The notes below the pieces were generated by a model. That model saw only the letters and a list, made by a program, of their open reading frames with translations, made no database searches and had not been told where the DNA came from. The position numbers were made by a program, and so were the translations under genes. DNA of 63,547 nt, filler included, from Nemertoderma westbladi (lineage: Eukaryota > Animalia > Xenacoelomorpha): assembly GCA_032718475.1 (NCBI GenBank). It is 4 parts of 4 records of this genome, joined end to end, with 100 filler letters (N's around TTAATTAATTAA, not from the genome) between each part and the next. Parts side by side here need not be neighbours in the genome. Positions count along the whole stretch, not along the records: positions 41,976 to 57,329 come from JAUCBJ010003346.1; positions 57,430 to 63,547 come from JAUCBJ010001034.1; 2 more parts are not named here. The stretch is one strand, 5' to 3'. Below, one piece after another: positions 52,320 to 63,547 of this stretch. Each line of letters starts with the position of its first letter. Within the stretch, counting starts at the first letter, position 1.

Positions 52320-53800
52320 CCTTAGCGATTGGCGGATTTAGGAGGGAATTTAAATATACAATTATGCTGTAATAAATCCGTCCGCTAATGATTGGTTGAT
52401 TTAGGGGAGAGTTTAAATAGGCCCTACACAATTATGTTGTAATAAATCAGCCCGCAAATGATTGGCTGATTTAGGGGAGAGTTTAAATACACAATTATGC
52501 TGTAATAAATCCGCCCGCTAAAGGTTGGTTGATTTAGGGGAGAGTTTAAATACACAATTATGCTGTAATAAATCCGCTCGCTAATGATTGGCTGATTTAG
52601 GGGAGAGTTTAAATACACAATTATGTTGTAATAAATCCGCCCGCTAATGATTGGTTGATTTAGGGGAGAGTTTAAATACACAATTATGCTGTAATAAATC
52701 CGCCCGCTAATGATTGGCTGATTTAGGGGAGAGTTTTAATACACAATTATGCTGTAATAAATCTGCCCGCAAATGATTGGCTGATATAGGGGGAAATCCT
52801 TTGAAAATCCTAAATTGTAGGCTACCAATTGCGGTACCGGTAGGCTACTGTTGTATATACAGTATGTCATTTTCAAATAGGCCTCTCATTGTCTCATTAT
52901 ATTTCTATAAATTATCCAGTCGCTTGGGGTGGATATTATTTCAGCCAATCACTAGCGCGAGGATTTAATACACCATAATTGTGTATTTAAACTCTCCCCT
53001 ATATCAGCCAATCATTAGCAGGCGGATTTATTACAACATAATTGTGTATTTAAACTCCCCCCTAAATCAGCCAATCATTAGCGGGCGGATTTATTACAGC
53101 ATAATTGTGTATTTAAACTCTCCCCTACTGCCCTAAATCAGCCAATCATTAGCGGGCGGATTTATTACAGCATAATTTTGAGCGTATTCAATTCCGCGTC
53201 ACCAACCCCTATAAAGTGGGCAAGAGCGCCTTTAAGCAATATTGGGGAATACGAGATTGATTGCCAATCAAGCTCGTATCACCCCCAATAAACGGGGACA
53301 ACAAACCCCAAAGGGCCTCACACAATAGAGGTTAGAGGTCAAGTTACCTCAAGGAGAGAGAGTAACAGCAGAGGGGGGGGGGGGGGGGGGGGGGGGGAAC
53401 ACTCCCGCAGAGGAAAGGCGAGAATTAGGTTGTCGGCCAATGGGGGGACAGCAGGGCATCAGCTGAGTAACACGGCCAAAGGTAGTGTAGTATATTACCG
53501 GTCGGTGTTACTCAGTCGCTCGGTTATCTCAGTACAGTCATGGCAGTATGGTGACAGTTTAAGACCGTCACCGCCGTCACCCATATTACCGGTCTATTAA
53601 CATATAACCAGTTGCTATCTGCTATTGTATTTACATCTGCACATCACATATATATCTATATTATTAAGAACGTCGGAACAACAAATTCCTTATCCATCAC
53701 ACGGTGCGGCTGACGTGTACATAAACAACACCGGTCGGGATTCTCGGATCCCGTCACAATAATTGTGTATTTAAACTCTCCCCTAAATCAGCTAATCAGT
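52320..53800. repeat. 63-bp minisatellite as two inverted arrays
   Basis: TACACAATTATGCTGTAATAAATCCGCCCGCTAATGATTGGCTGATTTAGGGGAGAGTTTAAA about 7 copies (52320-52790); reverse copies 52940-53176 and 53759-53798. Confidence 0.92.
53177..53758 (+). mobile_element. Solo LTR (family L) inserted in the 63-bp array
   Basis: Exact 5-bp TSD ATAAT; ends GGATCCCGTCACA. Confidence 0.8.
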
Positions 53801-53884
53801 ATCTAACCAGTCCCTTCAAAGTAAATGCAACAATCTGACAATGAATCATTGTAAACGCTACACCTACCGCCTACACCTACCTGC

Positions 53885-54468
53885 CCGTATGCTAAGTGAT
53901 TTTTTTGTGCGCCGAACGCGACGCGGCGCAGAAAAAATTGTGCGCCTGCTCAGTCGAAAACAGTGCAAAATCCGCGTGCGCAGCAGAAAAACTGCGCGAG
54001 ATTGGCGCGCGCAGCAGATATTCTGCGCGAGATTGGCGCGCACAGCAGAAATTCTGCGCGAGATTGGCGCGCACAGCAGAAATACTGCGCGAAATCTCCT
54101 ACCACGTACCTGCCTGCCTACTGCTGTACTGGCCTAAAGCACACCAAGCAGCCAAGTAGCAAGTACAGAAGTAGGAGGCTTATTATTTCAGTATTTCTTA
54201 CAGTCTTATCTGTATTGTCATTACCCTGTTACCGGTAGTCAGCAGACTGCCAGGGGTAGCGGGTAGGTCTACTTACCGGTACTGACTTGACTTAGTGCTG
54301 TAGTGCAAGTCTGAGCCGTGTTATCAATTTTCTGCGCCTGCGCCTGTCGCGCCGCGCTCTAAATTTTCTGTGCCTGCGCGGCGCTGCGCTCTCAATTTTC
54401 TGCGCCTGCTCCAAATTATGGAAAAAATTGTGCGCCGAACGCGTTCGGCGTACATGCCCTTCTTAGCA
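53885..54468. mobile_element. GC-rich non-autonomous element with ~31-bp repeats
   Basis: CTGCGCGAGATTGGCGCGC x3; GTGCGCCGAACGCG at both ends; inverted TGCTAAG/CTTAGCA. Confidence 0.45.
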
Positions 54469-55099
54469 GAATGGCCTACCTGCCTACACCGCTACACCTA
54501 AACCTACCATGAATTTAATGATTCACAACTTAAAAATCTGAAAGTTGAATATTAAAAAATAAAATTTTAAATTTCAACTCAGTTCAAATTTGGACTCCTC
54601 CCTGACTGTTCACTACCGGTCTGCCGGTAGCGATGTCTGGATTTACCGTATGATTTAATTTGATTTTTTAACATCAACAACACGAACTGTAAACGAAATT
54701 GCACTAGGCCTATACATACACATGTGGCACAATTAGGCCTACCGGGAAACATGTGGGTTCATTTCAATGAGAGGTAAGTAACTGAGTAATGTGGCACAAA
54801 TACAGTAGTTTTAAAACAACAGGTGTCAACATACAGACAGAAATATACTAAATACAATATAATAGGCCTATATAATATATAAAAATACTGAAATATAACA
54901 GGTATAATTAACGTAGCATACATACTGACATACTGACTGACTGTACAAAATATCGCAAGTACTGGTAATGAGTAATGACGTGTGGACTGTGGATGGCCTC
55001 ATTAGGTTTCACCTCGTTTCCACGAGGGTCCAGAATAAAATGAAGAGTAAATTATAACATTCAATATTCTGATATTATTAAAATAAAGCTAGAGAGCAT

Positions 55100-55560
55100 A
55101 GACCAGTCAGGAACACTGGTCACAATTCAGCAATTTGTCCAATATACAGCCAGAATGTGTCCGCGGAAAATGCTCTCATAGTGAAATTTATATTTTATCC
55201 ATAGAAAACAATGCTAAATTTCATTTGAAAACCGGCAGTGAAATTTTAACATTGGCATTCTAAAAATTATGCCATTAGCACCGCCATAAAATTCTGGGTA
55301 TAAATTAATTTGAGAATTTGAATCTCATCGTTGGGTTAACTATCATCAATATTAAAAGTAAAAATTGTCACCTTATGTCTGTATGTGCCCAGCTTCATCT
55401 GCTTTGAGGACTAGTGAAGTTACAGCCAAAATATGTCCGAAAAAATAATCACAGCCTGTGAAGGACAAATAGTGGCTGCACGGACACTTTCTGGTTGTAA
55501 ATATGTGGATAATTTTTAGCTGAGCTTCAGCCAGGAAGTGACCAGTGTTCCTAACTGTAG
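55100..55560. mobile_element. Inverted-repeat (MITE-like) element
   Basis: AGGAACACTGGTCAC...CAGCCAGAATGTGTCCG inverted to CGGACACTTTCTGGTTG...GTGACCAGTGTTCCT. Confidence 0.55.
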
Positions 55561-56437
55561 ACTGATACTAGTGTCAAGTAAAAGTAGATAAAATTGAAAT
55601 AAAAGATCCGCCTGTCCGCACTGTAAACTGAATAAAATTAAAGAAGGCCATGGTCGAAGGTCGATTGCTTGTACTTCCCTAATGTAGTTATCAACCAATA
55701 GGAGTGTTGTTTTGGTGGATAACATGGGTCGAAAACCAGATCCAAACTTTTTCATTTTGCAATGTTAATGAAAAAAAATGTCTCTCTTCACTCGCGTATG
55801 TTTTTCGTTTACATTGTTAAAATGGTGTGCGCGTTTTTTTCGGTGCATGGGCAGGGCATGGCTGCATGGGCAGTATATTGTCCAATATTGCGCGGCTGAA
55901 AAATTGTGCGCAGGCGTTGTGCGCGGTTCAGTGGTGGTTTGCAGCCTGGCAGCCTGGAGGTCATGAAGGTGCTTTGAGGTTAAATAAAATAATATTTGAT
56001 CATATGCTTTTGTTTCGTATGTCAGTATGTTTTGTCTTGTATCATAGGGTATGCTTGCATTGTTACGTTAGGCCTACTGCAGTACTGACAGACCTGATTC
56101 CTAAAGTCTGAACTGCCAGTGCCAGACTGTGGACTGCTGAAAGGGAAAGCTATTACAGTCGGACTCAGACCAGGTCTGATTAATCACCGGCTGCTGGGCT
56201 GACCGGCCAACCGACCCGTACACCGTACCCCGGTTCGGGTACGGTAAAGTCGTAAAGTACTGCATTAAAAAAGACTGAATTACCTGTAATCGCAATCGGT
56301 GCCGCTTACCGGCAGACCGGTGTACTGTCATGACTGTATTAACAGATAAGCCTCATACTGTCATACAGCAGTACAGTGAGCGAGTGAGGCCTATTATAAT
56401 CCTCGGAATGTCCTGTTAAATATACTACTTACTGTAC

Positions 56438-56785
56438 GGAGCACTGAGGAGAGCTTCGCTCTCCTCAGGTCATCCCTAATGTGTCTGCGGGGGTTCCGGT
56501 CTGCCGCCAAGAGACCGGTACGGGCAGCAGATGTCGCTGACACGTCCATCGTGTTAGCGAACGCTGACTCAGAGCCAGGCGCAGGCATGTTTAGATAGGT
56601 TACAGGCTGTTTGGTGGTGGTGCAGTTTAACTGTTTGTTGTTGTTTAAGTTTTTAAATTTCCCGCGTTTCTGTAATTACTGTTTTTAATTGTTTGTTATA
56701 GTGCCTATAATTGTGTTTGTATTTCTGAAGGTTTTTTATTATTTTGTGAATAAATGAGGCTTGTAAAGTAAAAAAAAAAAAAAAA
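56438..56785 (+). mobile_element. 5'-truncated CRE-like (RLE-type) non-LTR retrotransposon 3' end
   Basis: SFALLRSSLMCLRG C-terminal motif, AATAAA near 56748, poly(A) 56770-56785, TSD CTTACTGTAC. Confidence 0.75.
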
Positions 56786-57329
56786 CTTACTGTACTAGGC
56801 CTACAGTACAACAAACTGTACAATGCATAGCATAAGCCCTATGCGATTTAATGGGTATATCTTTTCGACCTATGCGTACAGTAAGTAGCTCAACAGATAT
56901 TGGGTCACAATACCACCAGTTTCAGAGTTTCAACATCAACTACGCATTGGTGCTACGCGACTTTCTTACGCGTAGTCGCGTAGTAAGACTACAGTCCCGC
57001 TCTCAAAAAGCATTCCTTTGATCAAACATTGATCAAACTTTGATCAAACATTGATCAAAGTTTGATCAAATATTGAAATGAACCAGGCTTATAAATCCTG
57101 CCATTGAGTTCTACCAAAGGCGCTGCACTTCAAAGTCTAGATTCCCACTGAGCCGTAGTGTCAATCAAGCAGCCCTCTCTCTCGCTCTCCCTGTGTGTGG
57201 AATGCTCCATGTGCTCTGTAGGATGTCTGCAGAGCACACAGGACACCACATCCATATCATACCATAGGTTTGTACGCTATAGCCGTTATTTAAACCGGAC
57301 CGCCTAAGGTTATAATAATTTACAGCGAT

Positions 57330-57429
57330 NNNNNNNNNNNNNNNNNNNNNNNNNNNNNNNNNNNNNNNNNNNNTTAATTAATTAANNNNNNNNNNNNNNN
57401 NNNNNNNNNNNNNNNNNNNNNNNNNNNNN
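57330..57429. other. Assembly linker
   Basis: N + TTAATTAATTAA + N. Confidence 0.97.
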
Positions 57430-58284
57430 AGATCCTTTCAGGCTACCCGATTCTCCATAGTTGACGCAATTTCGTTTATCTTAAGTTCAGTATCCCTTTC
57501 AAGTTGGTCTATATATATATATATATATATATGTTATAGCCGCTCGTCTACGACTACGCTTTCCTTGTGTTGGTTGCCAAAAAAGTAGATCTGGTATGAC
57601 TTCGTCTTTACTTCTTTATAAGCGCAAATTGAAAAAAAGCCGTTATGTATTTTTTGCTGAACCGCTGAACACTAGGTTTTATTACAGATCTTATTAAATT
57701 AACTCGAAACCTACTCCACTGCACCAGGACCACACGATGTACCACCTCTCAGAACTTTTATTATATGCGGAAGTAACCTATTCTGAGGAACAGCCCTAGT
57801 TTTCGTTGAGGTTTTAACTCTTAAACAACTAGTTTCATCCCACCCAGATGTAAAGGGAATTTGGCATATGTTGGGGGGGGGGGGGGGGGGGTTAGCGATT
57901 ATCCTACCTTGGGAGTTAGTGTGTCGCCCACCCAGCCTTACAGGTTACATTCAGGAGAGTGTAGACTTCAGACTTCCTCCGGTTGTTCACGCACACCGAT
58001 AACTTTACATTACTTTACCGTACTGTACTTCGCCCCATTAGTTTCAGCTTCAGTCAGTTTCTGATGATTGAACTCCTAATCAAATATTTTATTGTTTTAA
58101 AAATAAAATATTTTATAAAAGAAATGTTGAATGTTTATCTAATATCAAATTAACAAACCATTCATTATATTGGTGATGCACTGTTCTATGATGTTTGGAG
58201 AAAACTGCATAAACATTGCGCTTTCAGCTTTCAAAATCTACTTGCGCAAACAACTACATCCCGGTTCATACAAAACATTTATGG

Positions 58285-58390
58285 ATCATTGCAACTATTT
58301 CTGGTCATTTGAACTGCCCGTCTGTTTGTCCGTCCGAACAGAAACATTATTGATACGATAGGTCTGGCATTATTAAATTTGCATTGTACA
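58285..58390 (-). repeat. HINE/DINE-like repeat core; inverted copy at 62765-62895
   Basis: GGTCATTTGAACTGCC..GTCTGTTTGTCCGTCCGAACAGAAACATTATTGAT shared by both copies. Confidence 0.65.
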
Positions 58391-58496
58391 GGTTTTTTAT
58401 TTTAAATGTTCTCTGTCTATCTTGGTCTTATCATAAAATGTATCATTAATAATAATAAATGAATTGTTGTGGGGTGAGTGACGGTTAATTATAATG

Positions 58497-58570
58497 TAAT
58501 AGAACAATATAGCGAAAAATATCAACCGACTCGATTGGGGCTCGAACCCGGTACCTAGGTTTCAAACTTA
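58497..58570 (-). repeat. tRNA-derived SINE fragment; second copy 63048-63135 (+)
   Basis: GGTACCGGGTTCGAGCCC B-box followed by GTCGGTTGATATTTTT in both copies. Confidence 0.65.
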
Positions 58571-59266
58571 CGGTTTTCATCAGCCGGGTGTGTGTGTCGA
58601 TCACACAGCCGGCTGATGTGTGCAGAGAAACAGGCATTCAGACAGATAACGGACAGCTGGTAGTCGCATAGTTTATAGTTTAGCTGACAGACATTTCAAA
58701 CAAAGCTGTATAACAGGCATCCCTCTGCTGCGTTTTTTATTGCGCTAAAACCACTTTTTTTTTACCGAAAACTGCACAAAACTGCGTTTTTTTAATGTAG
58801 AGAATATTTAAAATTATATTAATTAAAATTAAATTAACATAACGAAACGAATCTTAAGTATTTTTTATATGAGTGCACATTAAATTGTCATTGAAACAAT
58901 AAATTTCAGAGTCACCATCGCCAGTCACCAGCTAATCAAATGACAAAAATAAATTTAAACGAAAAGAAGACAAAGAGATACAAAATAATAAAAAAATATA
59001 AAATGAAAACTAAATTGAGAAAACGAAACGAAACGAAACAAATAACTTCGAAACGAAATAAAATTTATTCAGAACAAAACGAAATCAAAAACGTTATCGT
59101 TTCTTTTATTTTGTTTTGCTATCCCTCCAGCTCAAAATTACCAACCAAGAAATTGTATAGTGTGTGTGATATACTGTATTAATTGTAGGTATTATTACAA
59201 ATTTCAAAACCCTACTACTTCTACAATTTTTGAGCAACTTGTCTGAAAATTTCTGTGGATGTCTAT

Positions 59267-61735
59267 TAGGGTGGTCCTTATTTCACTGTAAAATTTAAAA
59301 GTTGTGGAAATTCTCCTCTGACCCCCCCAAGTCCTTTCTTCTGATAAAAAAACACCTTGAGTAAAATTTGAGCACAAATGATATATATTTAGAGGTAGCT
59401 CAAACACCCTGAAGTTGAGCGTTTGGACACCATTTGATCGCGCGCGCAGAATATAATGGAGTTTGCTGATATGAAGGCTTCTATTTGTTGTGCAGAGTTA
59501 ATTTTAGGCTTATTTGAACCACAGTCATCGATTTAGTGGGTATAGATACCTTCAAAACAAGTGCTAAGGCTAGTAGTTCTTGAGATATCACACAAAAGCT
59601 TAAGCCCGGCACAACTCATCAATCAATCATTCAATTGATTACGCCTAGGACATATTGAAATATTGGCATAACATTTTGTAGGTCTACCTCCCTCCATCTT
59701 ATTTCAGTTAATCTCGATTTTAGCATTGTCTAACCATTCAAAGCTATGTTTAGTTAAAAAAAAATTATCACAACCCCATGGGAAATGCTTGCACAAGCAT
59801 CACTAATTTGTGTCTAAGCTCCATTTGGTACGATATCAATAATTGGCCACAAAACTTAACTTTTGGTTAATTATATCTAGGAACTGTTTGTTTAATTTGA
59901 TTTTGACTGATTTTAAGTTGCAGAATCCAAAAATCTCATCTGATATGAATTTTAAAATGATATAGTGCATGATATACAACAATACTATACTGTACTTCAA
60001 AGCATATTAAAAGGATTGATAGATACAGAGATATATGCATCCAGCGACCAAAAGAGTTATAATATATATGGGAAGAAACTTTGAACATATGCATTATATA
60101 TGAATAGACAATGCTGATTTCAAATCTGATTTCAGATTTGCCCTACCCCATCAAGTTTTCTCACAATTGCAATTTCAATTCAAAAAACTTATCGCAAACG
60201 ACTATATGATGAGTGATGTAGATTCAAATGAGAATCAAATATGCTCAAAATCAATCTAAAACATTGAAAGGAGCTTTGTTCATATTAATTATATATAATT
60301 AAACAATGGTGATTCCAAATCTGCTTTCAGATTTGCCATGCTGCCATAGCATATCAAGTTTTTTTCACAATTGCCAATTTGAGTTCAAATTACTTATCGC
60401 GAACAACTGTGATGAGTGAAGTAGATTCAATAATAATCAAATATGCTTCAAATCAATATAAACCATGAAAAAAAGCTTTGTTAATTTCAGTTATATATTA
60501 AACAATGCAATCTATATGGTGAATCTGCTATCAGATTTACCATAGCATATGTTGTAGATTGATTTGGGGGTATATTTTATTCTTATTGAATCTACTTTCA
60601 CTCATAATAATTGTTTGCGATAAGTAATTTGAACTTAAATTGGCAATTGTAAAAAAAACTTAATATCCTATGGTAGTATGGCAAATATGAAAGCAGATTT
60701 GGAATCAGCATTGTTTAAAAATATATAATTCATATAAACAAAGCTCCATTCAATGTTTTGGTTTGATTTTGAGCATATTTGATTCTTATTTGAATCGACG
60801 CCACTCATCACAATCGTTTGCAATACGTTTTTGACCTCAAAGTGGCAATTGTGAAAAAACTTGATGTGGTAGGGCAAATCTTAAATCAGATTTGGAATCA
60901 GCATTGTCTAATTATGTATAATACATATGTGCAAAGCTTCTTCCCATATATATTAGAACTCTTTTGGTCGCTGGATTCACATATCTCTGCATCTATCAAT
61001 CCTTATCTTAAAATGCTTTGAAGTACAGTATAGTATTGTTGTATATCATGCACCATATCATTTTAAAATACAAATCAGATGCGATTTTTGGTTTCTGCAC
61101 TTAAAATCAGTCAAAATCAAATTAAACGAACAGTTCCTAGATATAATTAACCAAAAGTTAAGTTTGGTGGCCAATTATTGATATCGTATTAGACACAAAT
61201 TAGTAATGCTTGTTTGTGCAAGCATTTCCCATGGGGTTGGGTTGTGATGAATTTTTTTACTAAACATAGCTTTGAATTGTTATACAATGCTAAAATCGAG
61301 ATTAACTGAAATAAGATGCAGGGAGGTAGACCTACAAAATGTTAATGCCAATATTTCAATATGTCCTAGGCGCAATCAATTGAATGATTGATTGATGAGT
61401 TGTGCCGGGCTTAAGCTTTTGTGTGATATCTCAAGAACTACTAGCTTAGCACTTGTTTTGAAGGTATCTACACCCACTAAATCGATGATTGCGGTTCAAA
61501 TAAGCCTAAAATTAACTCTGTACGACCAACAGAAGCCTTCATATCAGCAAACTCTATTAAATTCTTCGCGCGCGATCAATCGGTGAGCAGGCACTCAACT
61601 TCAGTGTGTTTGAGCTACCTCTAATATTTGATGTACATGCTTAAAATTTCGCATGTCGTATTTTTTGACGAAATGGAAACATTTGAGGGGGTCAGAGATG
61701 ATAAATTCCAACCTTTCAAAATAAGGACCACCCTA
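59267..61735. mobile_element. hAT-family foldback element (about 1.2-kb inverted arms, no ORF)
   Basis: TAGGGTGGTCCTTATTT termini; exact 8-bp TSD ATGTCTAT; arms mirror each other to about 60520. Confidence 0.93.
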
Positions 61736-61814
61736 ATGTCTATATAGGAACCCTGCAAAAAGTATTAGACAACTTTTTTAAATTTGTAATTCATAATATT
61801 TGATACTATTTATA

Positions 61815-62590
61815 CTACTACTAGGATCGGCATGCTGCATTGCAGCTGCATTTTTAAGAATGCTGTGCCGGCTTGTCGACAAAATTGCGCCGCTACAACT
61901 CCCTATCACCCATGACATTTGCTAGATCATCCGCATCTTCAAGGCCAGTGTCCTTTAAGATGCGTCTCAAGAAAGTCATGAGCTGCCCAGCCCACCATGC
62001 TTATTCACTCCATGAGGCTGCCAAAGTACAAGATTATGCACTGGCTGGTCCTCACGGCGAACGCAATGTCCTGCAAAGCGGAGGCGATTTTGTTCTAGTG
62101 TCAAACTTGGGGAAACCAATGAGACACCTCCAATGTTATATAGTGTCTGGTTGGAGATGTGTGCATTGTACTTGACACAATGAACCCGGCGTAGCATTCT
62201 TGTGAATGTGCCATCCAGAGATTTGGTGTCCTCAGCAGTTAGAGCCCAGCATGGACTCCCGTAGAGGAGTACTGGAACTACTGCTGCTCTAAATAATCGG
62301 ACCTTAAGTTTCCGATTAATTCTCGGTGACTTCCAAATCCTGGAAAGCCTATTCAAGGCTGCCCATGCCTTTCCCTTACGTATTCGAAGGTCCTCACCTG
62401 ACTTCCGAATCCATGATCCCATGTAACAGAAGTCGTCCACATGCTCAAGCATACCATCTTTTGAGCTTATGCTTTTCCGATCTAGCTGGGGACTTTCAAA
62501 GTTGACTGTCAAAATTTTGGTCTTTCTGGAGTTAATAAAATGTCCAACAATAGAAGCAGCATGTTCTACTGAGCTGAGGAGCCGTTGGGC
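61815..62590 (-). mobile_element. RTE family B, 5'-truncated, with (TAG)n tail
   Basis: Near-identical to 20113-20890. Confidence 0.92.
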
Positions 62591-63547
62591 TATTTATAGA
62601 TATATATAGTTACTATTATATTACTATTATATATATATATATTATATAGATACTATTTATAACAAACCTAAAAAATTTGCATAAATTTGCAGTGCCACCT
62701 AGCGTAGCGGGGCAGGTTCATTATCACACAATTTTGTACAGTGCATTGTGCAGTGTGAGTGGTCCAATGCAAATTTAATAATACCAGACCTATCGGATCA
62801 ATAATGTTTCTGTTCGGACGGACAAACAGACAGAGACAAACAGAGAGAGACAAACAGACGGCAGTTCAAATGACCTGAAATAGTTGCAATGACCTAGAAA
62901 TTTTTAGACGGACAAATCGAAAAACGACCCAAAACTAAAACAGATCCAAATCCCAAAGCGATCTCATATATAAACTGGCCTAGTTGGGAGTAGCTAAAAA
63001 GAAACAGCTTTTTGTACGATTATCGACTATTGCTGAAGCATGACATGGAAGTTTGATACCTGGGTACCGGGTTCGAGCCCGAATAGCGTCGGTTGATATT
63101 TTTTGCTATGGAGAGCATTATCATATTGTTCTATTAGATTATATGAAATGACTCATTAGGTCATCCGCACTACAGGAAAACCACATTTTTCCTCCCCATT
63201 TCAGATCAGCACAAGGTATGCGCACCGCAATATCTATCCCATTGGCTGTTTATTGGTTCGCATTAACCGCACACACCAGTGCTAATTTAGCGCGTATTGG
63301 TTAACTAGCAGGCAATACCCGAGACATGTTACCCGGTATTTCCCGCTACCGGCATAGGCCTTCTGGCGTACTGGTACCGGTATAGGCCTACTGACGTACC
63401 GGTACCCAGTACCGGTACCGAACGTGAATTAAACTTTTCGAAAAGTGACCTAGAACGACCGCTGGTTAACCCTATTACCACTGGGGTGTTTTGACCATTA
63501 GCACCACTGGGGGGGGGGGGGGGGGGATTCGGCCCACCCACTATATT

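Overview
AT-rich, repeat-dense animal (invertebrate-like) genomic DNA made of four contigs joined by 100-nt N/TTAATTAATTAA linkers (17648-17747, 41876-41975, 57330-57429). Two host genes are recognisable: a single-ORF UPF3 (48558-50765, -) and the last coding exon of a transmembrane semaphorin (32913-33798, +). The rest is mostly nested mobile DNA: BEL/Pao LTR retrotransposon remnants and solo LTRs, CR1/L2-type, RTE and CRE-like LINEs, hAT/piggyBac/Harbinger-type non-autonomous elements (several with readable TSDs), a 2.5-kb hAT foldback, and 16-, 33-, 45- and 63-bp minisatellites. The most interesting signal is a possible accessory module in BEL/Pao-like elements. It consists of two divergent copies of a triple zinc-knuckle plus unknown-domain ORF lying just upstream of a PPT/3'LTR, an IRES-like fold in front of one copy, and covarying RNA hairpins shared by two divergent LTR ends. 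All alignments and pairings were made by eye.
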